Below, in pieces: positions 21,660 through 31,497 of a stretch of DNA of 64,000 bases. Both the position numbers and the translations under genes were made by a program. Under the pieces are notes generated by a model. It ran no database searches and was not told where the DNA came from. It saw only the letters and a list, made by a program, of their open reading frames with translations. Position 1 is the first letter of the stretch. The number at the start of each line of letters is the position of its first letter. The DNA is from an uncultured SAR324 cluster bacterium (GTDB lineage Bacteria > SAR324 > NAC60-12): positions 131,040 through 195,039 of the forward strand of contig CAJJCY010000002.1 of NCBI GenBank assembly GCA_905182865.1, read 5' to 3'.

Positions 21660-21851
21660 ATGGAGAATGTTATGAGTACTGGAGTAGAAAGCTGGAGTGC
21701 TGAAAGTTTTGCCGAAATGAGTGCTATGAGTCCTTTTGTCGGTTCAGAAGTAATCCTGACTGCCGTTGTGGCAGTTGTATGGATTGTCTGGCAAATCTGG
21801 CAGATCAAGGCTGAAAATGCCCGCTATGACGAGCAAGAGGCAAAACTGTAG
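21660..21851 (+). CDS. small single-TM protein downstream of amt (63 aa)
   Basis: ORF MENVMSTGVESWSAESFAEMSAMSPFVGSEVILTAVVAVVWIVWQIWQIKAENARYDEQEAKL. It starts 22 nt after amt, shares its GC-rich composition, and has one hydrophobic helix. No recognisable family. Confidence 0.4.
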   Translation: MENVMSTGVESWSAESFAEMSAMSPFVGSEVILTAVVAVVWIVWQIWQIKAENARYDEQEAKL

Positions 21852-21923
21852 GGGAAACCTCCCAAAACAGTTTCAGGAGATTAGATTATCACCTAATCCG
21901 GTGAGAGATTTGAGCTCTACCTG

Positions 21924-21958
21924 AAAAAACGTTGCCGCACCACGTGTGCGGCGACGTT
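21924..21958 (-). terminator. intrinsic terminator between convergent amt and mgs operons
   Basis: On the minus strand: AACGTCGCCGCAC-loop-GTGCGGCAACGTT (13 bp, one mismatch) followed by TTTTTT. On the plus strand the same hairpin is followed by the weaker TTCCTTCCTTCT tract. Confidence 0.7.
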
Positions 21959-22023
21959 CCTTCCTTCTAAAATTTTTCAGAAAAGCATGACGGCATAGGC
22001 GAAGCTTTGCCGCCAATGAAAGT

Positions 22024-23366
22024 TCAGTCGTGGTTTTTTCCAGGAATCCAATCTGTTCCGGAAAGGGGGACTTGCGCCATTGCGGCGGCTTCCACTGTCA
22101 AGGCGACCAAGTCTTCCGGTTCAAGATTGTGGACATGACTTTTCCCGCAAGCACGAGCGATGGTCTGTGCTTCAAGTGTCATCACCTTGAGATAATTCGC
22201 CAATCGCCTACCTGCCAAAACAGGATCAAGCCGTTTAGATAACTCTGGATCTTGAGTGGAAATTCCGGCAGGATCCCGCCCTTCGTGCCAGTCGTCATAA
22301 GCTCCGGCAGTCGTGCCGAGTTTTTGATATTCCTCTTCCAGTTCAGGATCGTTGTCTCCCAACGCCACCAATGCGGCGGTTCCTATAGAAACCGCATCCG
22401 CTCCCAACGCTAAAGCTTTTGCGACATCGGCACCATTCCGGATGCCTCCGGAAACAATCAACTGTACTTTCCGGTGCATTCCCAATTCCTGCAACGCTTT
22501 GACCGCCGGTCTAATGCAGGCAAGCGTCGGTTGGCCGACGTGTTCGATGAACACTTCTTGTGTCGCCGCCGTGCCGCCTTGCATTCCGTCCAGATCACGA
22601 TTGCATCTGCACCGGCTTTAACGGCCAATGTTACATCATAGTAAGGACGTGCACCGGCTACTTTTACATAGATTGGCACTTTCCAACCTGTGATTTCACG
22701 CAGTTCCAATATCTTGATTTCTAGATCATCGGGGCCTGTCCAATCCGGGTGACGACAAGCAGAACGCTGATCGATCCCTTTCGGAAGATTGCGCATGCCA
22801 GCGACACGGTCGGAGATTTTTTGGCCCAACAGCATGCCACCACCACCAGGTTTGGCCCCTTGGCCAACCACGATTTCGATTGCATCCGCTTTTCGCAGAT
22901 CGTCGGGGTTCATTCCATAGCGTGATGGTAGATATTGGTAGACCAGCTTGTTTGAATGCCCACGCTCTTCGGGTGTCATGCCGCCATCACCAGTCGTCGT
23001 TGATGTGCCCGCCATGGATGCACCTCGGCCCAAAGCTTCTTTTGCTGGGCCGGATAGGGCACCAAAAGACATGCCCGCGATGGTGATCGGTATATCCAAG
23101 TGGATCGGGTTAGAGGCGTGAAGCCCACCGATGGTTACGGAGGTGTCGCATTTCTCGCGGTAGCCTTCTAAAGGGTAGCGCGAGATGGAAGCACCCATAA
23201 ACAACAAGTCATCAAAGGATGGAACTTTGCGTTTTGCCCCACCGCCGCGAATATCATAGATACCCGTGGCTGCGGCGCGGCGGATGTCGCTGTTTACATC
23301 AGCGGAGAAGGTCGCAGACTGCCGTGGCGTCGTGTGCGGGATACCTTTATCGTCGTGGCTATTCAT
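22024..23366 (-). CDS. mgsC: N-methylglutamate synthase subunit C-like (glutamate synthase FMN/domain-2 homolog), set 1, frame-disrupted
   Basis: ORF 22458-23366 (..ITIAGMSFGALSGPAKEALGRGASMAGTSTTTGDGG..GQGAKPGGGG..) and ORF 22024-22584 (..VSGGIRNGADVAKALALGADAV..STQDPELSKRLDP) have frames differing by 2, with the shift at about 22585-22600. Confidence 0.8.
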
Positions 23367-23377
23367 TTTCAGTATCC

Positions 23378-24061
23378 TTAATACGCGCCGGCGTTATCGA
23401 CGTCGAAGTTATAGAGCGTGCGGGCAGAGCCGTAGCGCGTGAATTCTTCCGGCTTTGCATCCACTCCAGATTCCGCGATGATTTCTCTCAGGAATTCGAT
23501 GTGCTCAGGCCGCATTTCTTTTTTCGCGCAGTCAGCGCCAAGGGATTTAACTGAGCCGCGTACAAAGAAACGTGCTTCATAACAGCTGTCCCCCAACGCA
23601 TCGCCTGCGTCACCGCACACAACCAGGTTGCCAGATTGGCCCATAAACGCGGACATGTGGCCGATGTTGCCTTGTACGACAATATTCACGCCCTTCATCG
23701 AAATGCCGCAGCGCGAGGATGCGTTGCCTTTGACAACGATCAGCCCACCATGGGCGGTGGCTCCAAGATACTGGCTGGCGTCGCCCTCGATGATAATTTT
23801 CCCGGACATCATGTTTTCGCCAGTCCCCGGACCGGCCGAACCATGAACGTGAATGGTGGCCTGTTTGTTCATGCCGCCACAGTAGTATCCGGTGGATCCT
23901 TTAACGTTCACCTCAAGTGGGGCGTCTAGACCAACGGCTATAGCATGGCTGCCTTTGGGATTGGTTACCTCCCAAACGGTTTGGTTGGTTTCCGTAGATT
24001 GAGCGTTCAGCGTTGAGTTCAACACGCGCAACCCCTGCGCTTCAAGATCGAAACTTTGCAT
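23378..24061 (-). CDS. mgsB: N-methylglutamate synthase subunit B-like (GXGXG-motif GltB C-terminal-domain homolog), set 1
   Basis: 227 aa with repeated beta-helix G-x-G motifs (VKGSTGYYCGG, VHGSAGPGTGE, IEGDASQYLGA, VKGNASSRCG, VQGNIGHMSAFMG, VCGDAGDALGD). Its start codon overlaps the mgsA stop (TAATG at 24059-24063). Confidence 0.8.
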   Translation of the reverse strand: MQSFDLEAQGLRVLNSTLNAQSTETNQTVWEVTNPKGSHAIAVGLDAPLEVNVKGSTGYYCGGMNKQATIHVHGSAGPGTGENMMSGKIIIEGDASQYLGATAHGGLIVVKGNASSRCGISMKGVNIVVQGNIGHMSAFMGQSGNLVVCGDAGDALGDSCYEARFFVRGSVKSLGADCAKKEMRPEHIEFLREIIAESGVDAKPEEFTRYGSARTLYNFDVDNAGAY

Positions 24062-25012
24062 TAGGCGGCTTTCTCTTTTGACGTTGGTGCCTCGTTATGG
24101 CTCCAGAAATATACTGTCGCTGGCTCTGGCTCCCAAACGCGGGCTTTTTCTATGCCCGGCAGGTTCACCAGTGCACGATACTCGGACCCGAAGGCGACGT
24201 ATTGATCGGTTTCGGCCATCACTGCGGGCTTACAGGCAATTGGGTCACGGACGACGCCGAAACCGTCTTTGGTGCCAACAACAAATGTGAAGAACCCGTC
24301 TAAGTCCTCAAGGGCACTTTCCATGGCTTGGCCAAGGGTGGCACCCTCTTGCATACGCCATGTGAGGTAAGCTGCGCCAACTTCAGTGTCGTTCTCGGTT
24401 TCAATGTGAACACCAAGGCGGCGCAAACGGCGGCGCAATGAATTGTGGTTGGATAGCGAACCGTTGTGCACAAGGCACTGATCTGGACCGGTGTTGAAGG
24501 GGTGTGCACCCATTGTTGTTACAGCTGACTTTCCGTTGCCATCCGCGTGTGTCCGATTCCATGTGAGTTCCTGAAGCATGACTTAGGTTGAATTGCTCGT
24601 AGACCGTTTCCGGAGATCCAACTTCCTTGAATATTTCAATCGACTGTCCACTACCGACAATCCGGATTTCAGCCAGAACGTCCGGTGCAGACTGTGAATT
24701 TTTCAACCACCGGACAACTTTATCTTCGTCCGCATCTGTAACGAGAATACAATGTGTACCCACCGTTTTAATAGAAACAGAACACTGCAGCGTTGCAGCC
24801 AATTCAGTTTCCAGCGTTTCCCAAGAGAAATCTGGATCATCGTGCGCTAATGAAAATTTAGTCTGTCCCGACTCTACAGGGTTCCGGTAAATGGCCACTC
24901 CTGCTGAATCCGGACCTCGACTGCTCATTTCCACCAGCATGGGCTGAAACATGCTACCCAGTTGTGACTGCAATTCAGAATTTTTCAAATACAAACCGAC
25001 AATTCCACACAT
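24061..25012 (-). CDS. mgsA: N-methylglutamate synthase subunit A-like (class-II glutamine amidotransferase homolog), set 1, frame-disrupted
   Basis: ORF 24401-25012 begins MCGIVGLY (Ntn Cys). ORF 24061-24579 carries ..HPFNTGPDQCLVHNGSLSNH..DTEV..RDPIACKPAV. The frames differ by 1, with the shift at about 24560-24590. Confidence 0.8.
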
Positions 25013-25014
25013 AC

Positions 25015-25443
25015 CTAATTTTTCTGTTCAAGAGGCTCATTGAGTTCAATCACATAGCCGTCAGGGTCTTTGATGAAGGCCAGAATCCGTGTTCCGTTTT
25101 TCATCGGTGATGGTTCTTTGGTAAATTCCACTCCATGCTGTTTTAAATACTCACTGGTCTCATACACATCCGACACTTTAATAGCCAGATGACCCCAGCC
25201 GTTCCCCTTGACGTAGTCTTCTTCTTCATCCCAATTGTAAGTCAATTCGATATTTGTACCCTCATCCTCACCAATATAGCCTACAAAAGTATTGGTGAAT
25301 CGACCTTCGGGATATTCAGTTTTACGGTGAATTTTCATGCCCAATATTCTTGTGTAAAAATCCAGACTCCGATCCAAATCTTTCACCCGGATCATGGTAT
25401 GATCCAGCCGAAAATCAGGCATGGATAACGTTTTTTCAGTCAT
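25015..25443 (-). CDS. gloA: lactoylglutathione lyase (glyoxalase I, VOC superfamily)
   Basis: 142 aa, alignable by eye with E. coli GloA (HTMIRVKDLDRSLDFYTRILGMK...FVGY...IELTYNW...GHLAIKV...AFIKDPDGYVIEL). Its TAG stop lies 2 nt before the mgsA ATG. Confidence 0.85.
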   Translation of the reverse strand: MTEKTLSMPDFRLDHTMIRVKDLDRSLDFYTRILGMKIHRKTEYPEGRFTNTFVGYIGEDEGTNIELTYNWDEEEDYVKGNGWGHLAIKVSDVYETSEYLKQHGVEFTKEPSPMKNGTRILAFIKDPDGYVIELNEPLEQKN

Positions 25444-25505
25444 TGTTTTTTTCCTTTAGTTAAAGGTTAATGCAACCGTAAAAAGTTTAAAAATACAAGA
25501 ACCTC

Positions 25506-25607
25506 ACCACAGAGGTTTCATAGATATACTAATAAAAACAGCCCTCTGTGTCCTCTGTGGTAAAATAGTTTTTGTGCGTTTTTAGACTTTTTACTACTGC
25601 ATCAAGG
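25506..25607. repeat. palindromic intergenic repeat, variant D
   Basis: Inverted arms accacagagg (25506-25515) and cctctgtggt (25552-25561), followed by the tail ..tgcgtttttagactttttactactgcatcaagg. This resembles the GACTTTTTGA tail of copies A-C. Confidence 0.55.
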
Positions 25608-26729
25608 TTAATTATTCAAACCCGGACGAATGGCATCGGCAACCAATTCCTGAAAACTCCGGACACTGGATTCCCAATACGGAGATAAAAATCCGCCTTG
25701 TCGGGCCGCATCCGAGTGGCGTCCTTCCTGAAGCCGTTCACACATCGCATGATCTTCTTTGTGTACACTTTCCCACAGTCTGCTGATTTTTTCAACCACT
25801 TCAGTGCTTTGATCAGAATCTTTGTGTTGATAAATCACCCGTCTTTGGCAGGTTATCCCTGCGGACACAGGCTGATTGAGATGGACTCCAATTTGATCAG
25901 GATAGTAAACTCCCAGCACAAAGTTCGGAAACAAAGTCAAATACCTCGAACTAACGGACAGTGTTCCTTCCTGCGCTTTCTCCTGTTGCTCCGAAGTCAG
26001 GTCAACTGCACTTCCCAGACAATGTCCGTCACTTACGACATAGTGATCCTCTAACGGCTGATTTGTGGTTTTTTTATGTACAAATTGAACGTGATACGGT
26101 TCAATGAAATTTTCCATCAAGAGTTTCCAGTTTGATTTTATTTCACCAAATTCAATGCTGGCGACCACAACAAAATCATCCAGATCAATTCCTGCTAATT
26201 GTTTTTTCATGGGAGCAATGTGTGACTCGAATGATACCGTGTCACAGTTGAGATTAACAAATATCCAATCATGCCAGATTGCAATTTTGACAGAATGAAG
26301 TCCATGCTCTGTCATATTAAATCCTTCAGGTTGGTGCTCTCTCCCTCCAAAAAAAGGAGTGGCGCAAAGATCACCGTCTAGATTATAGGTCCATGAATGA
26401 TATGGGCAAGATAGCATTGAACCAACATTGCATGCCTCATCAACAATTTTCAGGTTTCTATGGCGGCAGACATTGTGGAATGCGCGGATTTTATTTTTTG
26501 AACTACGGACTAGAATCAATGGTTGTCCTGCCATATCCAAAGGAGTTATGTCACCGACCTGAGCAAGGTCATGCGCGAAACCTGCGAATGTCCAAGATTT
26601 AGCAAAAACAAGCTTTGATTCCAGTTCATAAAAATTTTTACTGGTATAAGCTGCGGAAGGTAAACCATGTTTAACATTCTCGTTTTCATCGAATGCTGAA
26701 AACAACTGTGTCCCCTTTAAATCTGACAT
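25608..26729 (-). CDS. Rieske [2Fe-2S] non-heme-iron oxygenase, alpha subunit (CntA/GbcA/choline-monooxygenase-like size class)
   Basis: 373 aa. Rieske motif CRHRNLKI...CPYHSWTY and mononuclear iron motif NFIEPYHVQFVH. No beta subunit or reductase is adjacent. Confidence 0.8.
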   Translation of the reverse strand: MSDLKGTQLFSAFDENENVKHGLPSAAYTSKNFYELESKLVFAKSWTFAGFAHDLAQVGDITPLDMAGQPLILVRSSKNKIRAFHNVCRHRNLKIVDEACNVGSMLSCPYHSWTYNLDGDLCATPFFGGREHQPEGFNMTEHGLHSVKIAIWHDWIFVNLNCDTVSFESHIAPMKKQLAGIDLDDFVVVASIEFGEIKSNWKLLMENFIEPYHVQFVHKKTTNQPLEDHYVVSDGHCLGSAVDLTSEQQEKAQEGTLSVSSRYLTLFPNFVLGVYYPDQIGVHLNQPVSAGITCQRRVIYQHKDSDQSTEVVEKISRLWESVHKEDHAMCERLQEGRHSDAARQGGFLSPYWESSVRSFQELVADAIRPGLNN

Positions 26730-27043
26730 AAAGCAATTCTCTTTATTTTATGGAAAGTTTAGACTATTGCAAAATATATTTTGACTAATTTAACAAATAC
26801 TATAGAAATATATCATCATTTTTTTGTCAATATAAATTTTTTATTGAGAGAAAGAGAAATTGTCTTTTGCCATTCTGTAACAGATTAAATTTTTACCCCG
26901 TTTTTGGAGCATCACTGTTTCGTCTCAAAAGACATCGATCAATTTGAAATAATGGCTGGCATTGAAATGTTCAAGAATCAATTTATTTTAAAACGTCAGG
27001 CACTTTAACAACATTTTTTTATCAACTCAATAAGGAGAACAGC

Positions 27044-28465
27044 ATGAGCATGATCTATCACGAAAATTTTGTGGACGCACTGCCGGAAATGGCGCGTGTC
27101 AAAGAAGAAAAGAAACGACTTGAAGCAGCCGGAGTCAAATACATTCTGTCGTGCTGGATTGATCTTTTGGGTGTGCCTAAAACGAAACCTGTACCGATCA
27201 GCGATTTTGAATTGTTGTGTATGGGCAAGGGACCTCAGTTTGCGGTTCATTCCATTTCCTTTGTTCCGGAACTCGGCCCGGCGGATTCCGATCAGATTCC
27301 GGTTCCTGATTTGGACAGCCTGATCATATGCCCGTGGGATTCAACCTGTGCCTGGATGTTTGCCGATTTGTGGTGGGAGGGACATCCTTACAACCTTTGT
27401 CCGCGCAGTGCACTCAAACGCATCATTAAGGATACAGCAGATCAGGGTTATGCGGTTATGGCAGGAATTGAACCTGAGTTCATGGTGATGAAGTGGCATG
27501 ATGGGCAGCCTGTCAAAGCATTTGATAATGATCCAAATTCTGGTCAGGGTTTGCGTCCGCGCCGACAGGCTTTCGGTTACGACGTGGAATATTCGATTGA
27601 TTCAATGAGTTTCCTCGGAGAGTTGATTGACATTATTGAAGGGCTGGGATGGAATATACACGATGTTGTGGCAGAGGGTGCATACTCTCAGTTTGAGCTG
27701 GATTTTCATTACACGGATGTTTTACGCATGGCCGACCGCTTTGTTTTTTTGCGTGTTTTGCTCAAGGAAGTGGCCAAACGTCACGGCATGTTTGTTACAT
27801 TTATGCCAAAAACCACCATCGGCGATTGGCGTTCCGGAGCTCATTTGAATACCTCCATGCAGCCGATTGATAAACCGGGGACGAATTTTTTTGAAAGCAA
27901 ATCCGGCGGCTGGTCTGATTCGGTATTTAATGCAATCGGCGGGTTATTGCGACACGGCGGAGCACTGACTGCGATTGCCTGTTCAACGGTCAATTCTTAC
28001 AACGGACTTGTTCCAAGGGTCGGAGGTTTTGAAGGGGGCACTGTAACCTGGGCACCGACTCACATGACTTACGGCTACAACAATCGATCAGCCATGTTAC
28101 GCTTGCCGCAGAGTCGTTTTTGTATTGAAAACCGGGCAGCGGACATGTGTATGAATCCCTACCTCTCACTGGGCTTGACCACCGCCGCAATGACCGAAGG
28201 CATCGTCAACAACTTTTCTCCAGGAGAACCGTTGAACAAGGATTTGTATAGCATGAGTAAAGAAGACCTTGAACGCTCCGGTGCCCAACAACTTCCCCGA
28301 AATTTGCTGGAAGCGATTGAAATTTTGCGAGGTGATGAATTTGCGAGGAAAGTACTTGGTGCTTCAATGATTAATTCGTTTCTCCTCTACAAAACAGACG
28401 AATGGGAACGCTACCACCAAGCCGTCACCGATTGGGAAGTCGAAGAATATTTGAGATTGTACTGA
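27044..28465 (+). CDS. glutamine synthetase-like (gamma-glutamyl-amide synthetase-type) protein, divergent paralog 1, intact
   Basis: 473 aa with the GS catalytic-domain pattern (EPEFMV.., SQFELDF, FMPKTTIGDWRSGAHLNTSM, NSYNGL, NNRSAMLRLP, ENRAADMCMNPYL). The Gly-rich GSG.H.H.S block is atypical (RSGAHLNTS). Confidence 0.75.
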   Translation: MSMIYHENFVDALPEMARVKEEKKRLEAAGVKYILSCWIDLLGVPKTKPVPISDFELLCMGKGPQFAVHSISFVPELGPADSDQIPVPDLDSLIICPWDSTCAWMFADLWWEGHPYNLCPRSALKRIIKDTADQGYAVMAGIEPEFMVMKWHDGQPVKAFDNDPNSGQGLRPRRQAFGYDVEYSIDSMSFLGELIDIIEGLGWNIHDVVAEGAYSQFELDFHYTDVLRMADRFVFLRVLLKEVAKRHGMFVTFMPKTTIGDWRSGAHLNTSMQPIDKPGTNFFESKSGGWSDSVFNAIGGLLRHGGALTAIACSTVNSYNGLVPRVGGFEGGTVTWAPTHMTYGYNNRSAMLRLPQSRFCIENRAADMCMNPYLSLGLTTAAMTEGIVNNFSPGEPLNKDLYSMSKEDLERSGAQQLPRNLLEAIEILRGDEFARKVLGASMINSFLLYKTDEWERYHQAVTDWEVEEYLRLY

Positions 28466-28480
28466 TTTCGATGGGGTATT

Positions 28481-29830
28481 GTGATGAATGTAGAGCAATT
28501 CAGTTTAAAAGGATACGCCGGATACGAAACCAGTTTGTCAGAGCACCCCGATGAGGAACTGACTCAAGTCGGGCCGAAAACTCCTTGTGGAGAATATCTG
28601 CGACGGTTCTGGCATCCGGTTTATCTCACCAATGATCTCTGTGATCTACCTGTTACCCTTAAAATTCTTGGCGAAGAACTGGTTTTGTTTCGAGACCTCT
28701 CCGGAACCTTGGGTCTGGTTCACAAGCGTTGTCCGCATCGGCAGGCTTCTCTGGAATACGGTAAATGTGAGGAACATGGAATCCGTTGTTGTTATCACGG
28801 TTGGCACTTCGACACCGACGGGAAGTTACTTGATGCACCGGGACAACCAGAAAATCTTAGTGATCGTCTGAAACTTCGGATCAAACTGGGTGCCTATCCG
28901 GTCGTTGAATACAAGGGGTTGATTTTCAGCTATATGGGGCCAATCGCGGAAATGCCGGAATTTCCGGTTTTTGATGCGATGGAATTTGAAAAGATGGAAA
29001 TGGTGCCTTATAAAGCTCCATTTCGCTGTAACTGGCTTCAGGTGCAGGATGCCATTCTTGACCCGTTGCACACCAGTTTTCTACATTCCAATATAGGACG
29101 CATGCAGTTCTCCAAGGGTTTTGGCGAAGTCGGGCAAATGGACTTTTTTGAGCGGGATGTCTGGATACTTGGAGTTAATACACGACGTGTTGGAGAAAAC
29201 GTCTGGTTCCGGGTGAATGAACTGGTTCTGCCAAATTTCACACAGGCGGGCAGTGCTTTCGCCGCAGACGGAACTCTGCGTCGTTTGTATGGACGCAGTT
29301 CTTTTACTCGCTGGGTTGTTCCGGTGGACGACGAAAACACGCTGGCACTGGCGTGGGCCAATTTCGGTGAGCGAGGTGATCCTCCCGAATGGAACACGCC
29401 GGAAGGTCCGGAACTCATCGAACAAGGAGAAGTGTTTGACAGGACTTACGAGGAACGCCAACGCTCGCCCGGAGACGCAGAAGCCACCGAAGGCATGGGA
29501 CGGATAACGGTTCACAAAAATGAAAACCTTGTCAGTAGTGACCGGGGAATCGCTTTGATGCGCAAACGCCTGCGGGAGCAAATCCGGGCCGTTCAAAACG
29601 GGAAATCTCCTGCGCGAGCTTCCGTAGCGAATTCTGGTTTGATCCCGACTTACGGTGGAGACACCGTGCTACGGATTCCACTTAAAGGAGATCCGGACGA
29701 ATCACAGACTTTGAGCGAGTTGGCTCATGCGTTTATGGAAATGCAGTATCAAGCTGACGATTTGAACGAGGATGAACGGGTGCGTTTTGTCGGTGAGAAG
29801 CTTACGGAACTGGAAACTAAAACTACATGA
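28481..29830 (+). CDS. Rieske [2Fe-2S] non-heme-iron oxygenase, alpha subunit (second, unrelated paralog)
   Basis: 449 aa. Rieske motif CPHRQASL...CCYHGWHF and iron motif DAILDPLHTSFLHS. It starts 15 nt after the GS-like gene (GTG 28481 or ATG 28484). Confidence 0.8.
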   Translation: MMNVEQFSLKGYAGYETSLSEHPDEELTQVGPKTPCGEYLRRFWHPVYLTNDLCDLPVTLKILGEELVLFRDLSGTLGLVHKRCPHRQASLEYGKCEEHGIRCCYHGWHFDTDGKLLDAPGQPENLSDRLKLRIKLGAYPVVEYKGLIFSYMGPIAEMPEFPVFDAMEFEKMEMVPYKAPFRCNWLQVQDAILDPLHTSFLHSNIGRMQFSKGFGEVGQMDFFERDVWILGVNTRRVGENVWFRVNELVLPNFTQAGSAFAADGTLRRLYGRSSFTRWVVPVDDENTLALAWANFGERGDPPEWNTPEGPELIEQGEVFDRTYEERQRSPGDAEATEGMGRITVHKNENLVSSDRGIALMRKRLREQIRAVQNGKSPARASVANSGLIPTYGGDTVLRIPLKGDPDESQTLSELAHAFMEMQYQADDLNEDERVRFVGEKLTELETKTT

Positions 29831-29878
29831 TAATCCAACAATCCAATCGTAATTTATCTAAAATTTACAAAAATAGGA

Positions 29879-30904
29879 ATGACAAACAATAAACTCCGTA
29901 TTCACATCAAGAACAACCACGCCTCTTCGGGGACTTTCCCACCGACCATTGAAGGCGAGGAAGTTTTCACCATCACCGAGGAAAGGTTTAGGGTCGCTTG
30001 TGAACGCTTTCCCGCAGTCGCGGAGCAGGTGGAGGCGTTTATTGATTGGGACCTGGAGCATTTCGCCGAATCAATGGAAACCGCCGATGTTCTTGTCACA
30101 TGGAATTTACCGACCACAAACCTCGCCAAAGTCGCGCCACAATTGAAACTGATTCATATTATTGGCGCAGGAGTCGAGCATCTCTGCCCGATGGACTGGG
30201 TTCCGGAAGGTGTAAAAGTGGTCAACAACCGGGGAGTTCACGCAGCGAAAGGAGGGGAGTTCGGCTTGATGTCGGTGCTGATGCTCAACAACCGGATTAC
30301 CGCGATTGCCGAAAACCAGCGTCGCGCAAATTGGGAATCGTTGTACTCCAGTCCTGTTGCCAAAAAAACTTTGGTAGTGATCGGGGTTGGAAACATCGGT
30401 GGTGCTGCCGGACAGCAGTGTGCGAGGCTGGGAATGGAAGTCATTGGTATCAGCCGACACGGTAAGCCTGTAGAGGGCTTCAACCAAGTGCTGACTCCGA
30501 AAGCACTGGTGGAGGTGCTGCCCAAGGCTGATTTTGTTTTGATGGCCACGCCCTTGACTCCGGAAACAGAAAACCTGCTTGACCGTCAGAAACAGGCTCT
30601 GATCAAACCCGGAGCGGGGATCATAAACGTCGGTAGATCCGGAACGATGGATTATGAGGCGCTGGTCGAGAATCTCAACCGAGGTCATTTTTCAGGTGCC
30701 ATCATCGACGTGTTTGACCCAGAACCACTTCCAGCCGATTCTCCTTTGTGGACAACTCCGAATTTGCTCGTCACTCCCCACATTTCGGCAGATGACGGCA
30801 ACACTTATGTTGAGATGACTTTGGGTTTGGTTTTCGAAAACCTTGAACGGTATTTAAAAGGACAGGAGTTGAAAAATTTGGTTCGTCCTGAATTAGGTTA
30901 CTGA
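29879..30904 (+). CDS. D-isomer-specific 2-hydroxyacid dehydrogenase family, NAD-binding
   Basis: 341 aa. Rossmann motif VIGVGNIGGAAGQQCARLGMEV, plus the ..NVGRSG..D..AL.. and TPHISA blocks typical of the family. Confidence 0.75.
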   Translation: MTNNKLRIHIKNNHASSGTFPPTIEGEEVFTITEERFRVACERFPAVAEQVEAFIDWDLEHFAESMETADVLVTWNLPTTNLAKVAPQLKLIHIIGAGVEHLCPMDWVPEGVKVVNNRGVHAAKGGEFGLMSVLMLNNRITAIAENQRRANWESLYSSPVAKKTLVVIGVGNIGGAAGQQCARLGMEVIGISRHGKPVEGFNQVLTPKALVEVLPKADFVLMATPLTPETENLLDRQKQALIKPGAGIINVGRSGTMDYEALVENLNRGHFSGAIIDVFDPEPLPADSPLWTTPNLLVTPHISADDGNTYVEMTLGLVFENLERYLKGQELKNLVRPELGY

Positions 30905-31125
30905 GCTTTGAAAACCTTTGACAACTAGTGTTTTGTAAAGAGATTTGTAAAAGAAAAGTAGTTATTTAAATACACTTTCAGGTGTACCCACTTTAGGATA
31001 GATACCCAACATACGCTCTTGTTTCAGGTAACATTTACTTCAACATAGCAAGAATGTAAGGACCTTTCCCTGGCTTACATTACGGTTTACCATGTTTTAT
31101 AATAGCCATATCTTCCCCTTATTGA

Positions 31126-31497
31126 CTAAGTTTTTTTACTATAGAAATAGAACAACGCGGCGAAAACCACCCAGACTCCAGACTCCACAATTTGGGCCAC
31201 TGAAGCCGGTAAGACACCGGTGACCACATGAAAAATATTCATAGCGACAGGCATCAGTGACACCACCATTAAAGTGGAACCGGCCTTGGCCAGATTCTCT
31301 CCCAGCCAACTGGGAAGTTGCCAAACAACAATTGCAAACATAAGCTGAACCATTACCATAAACTGAATGAGCAGACTTGAATCACTGGACAGTTCCAACC
31401 CATAACTCTCCATCATGGCGTCTGTTGCCAGCAGGCTCATTAAGGCAAAGAAAGCGCCGAAACCGGCAAAGATTCTGAATACGAGTTTAAGATTCAT
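31126..31497 (-). CDS. small integral membrane protein (4 predicted TM)
   Basis: 123-aa hydrophobic ORF with no recognisable family. Confidence 0.45.
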   Translation of the reverse strand: MNLKLVFRIFAGFGAFFALMSLLATDAMMESYGLELSSDSSLLIQFMVMVQLMFAIVVWQLPSWLGENLAKAGSTLMVVSLMPVAMNIFHVVTGVLPASVAQIVESGVWVVFAALFYFYSKKT

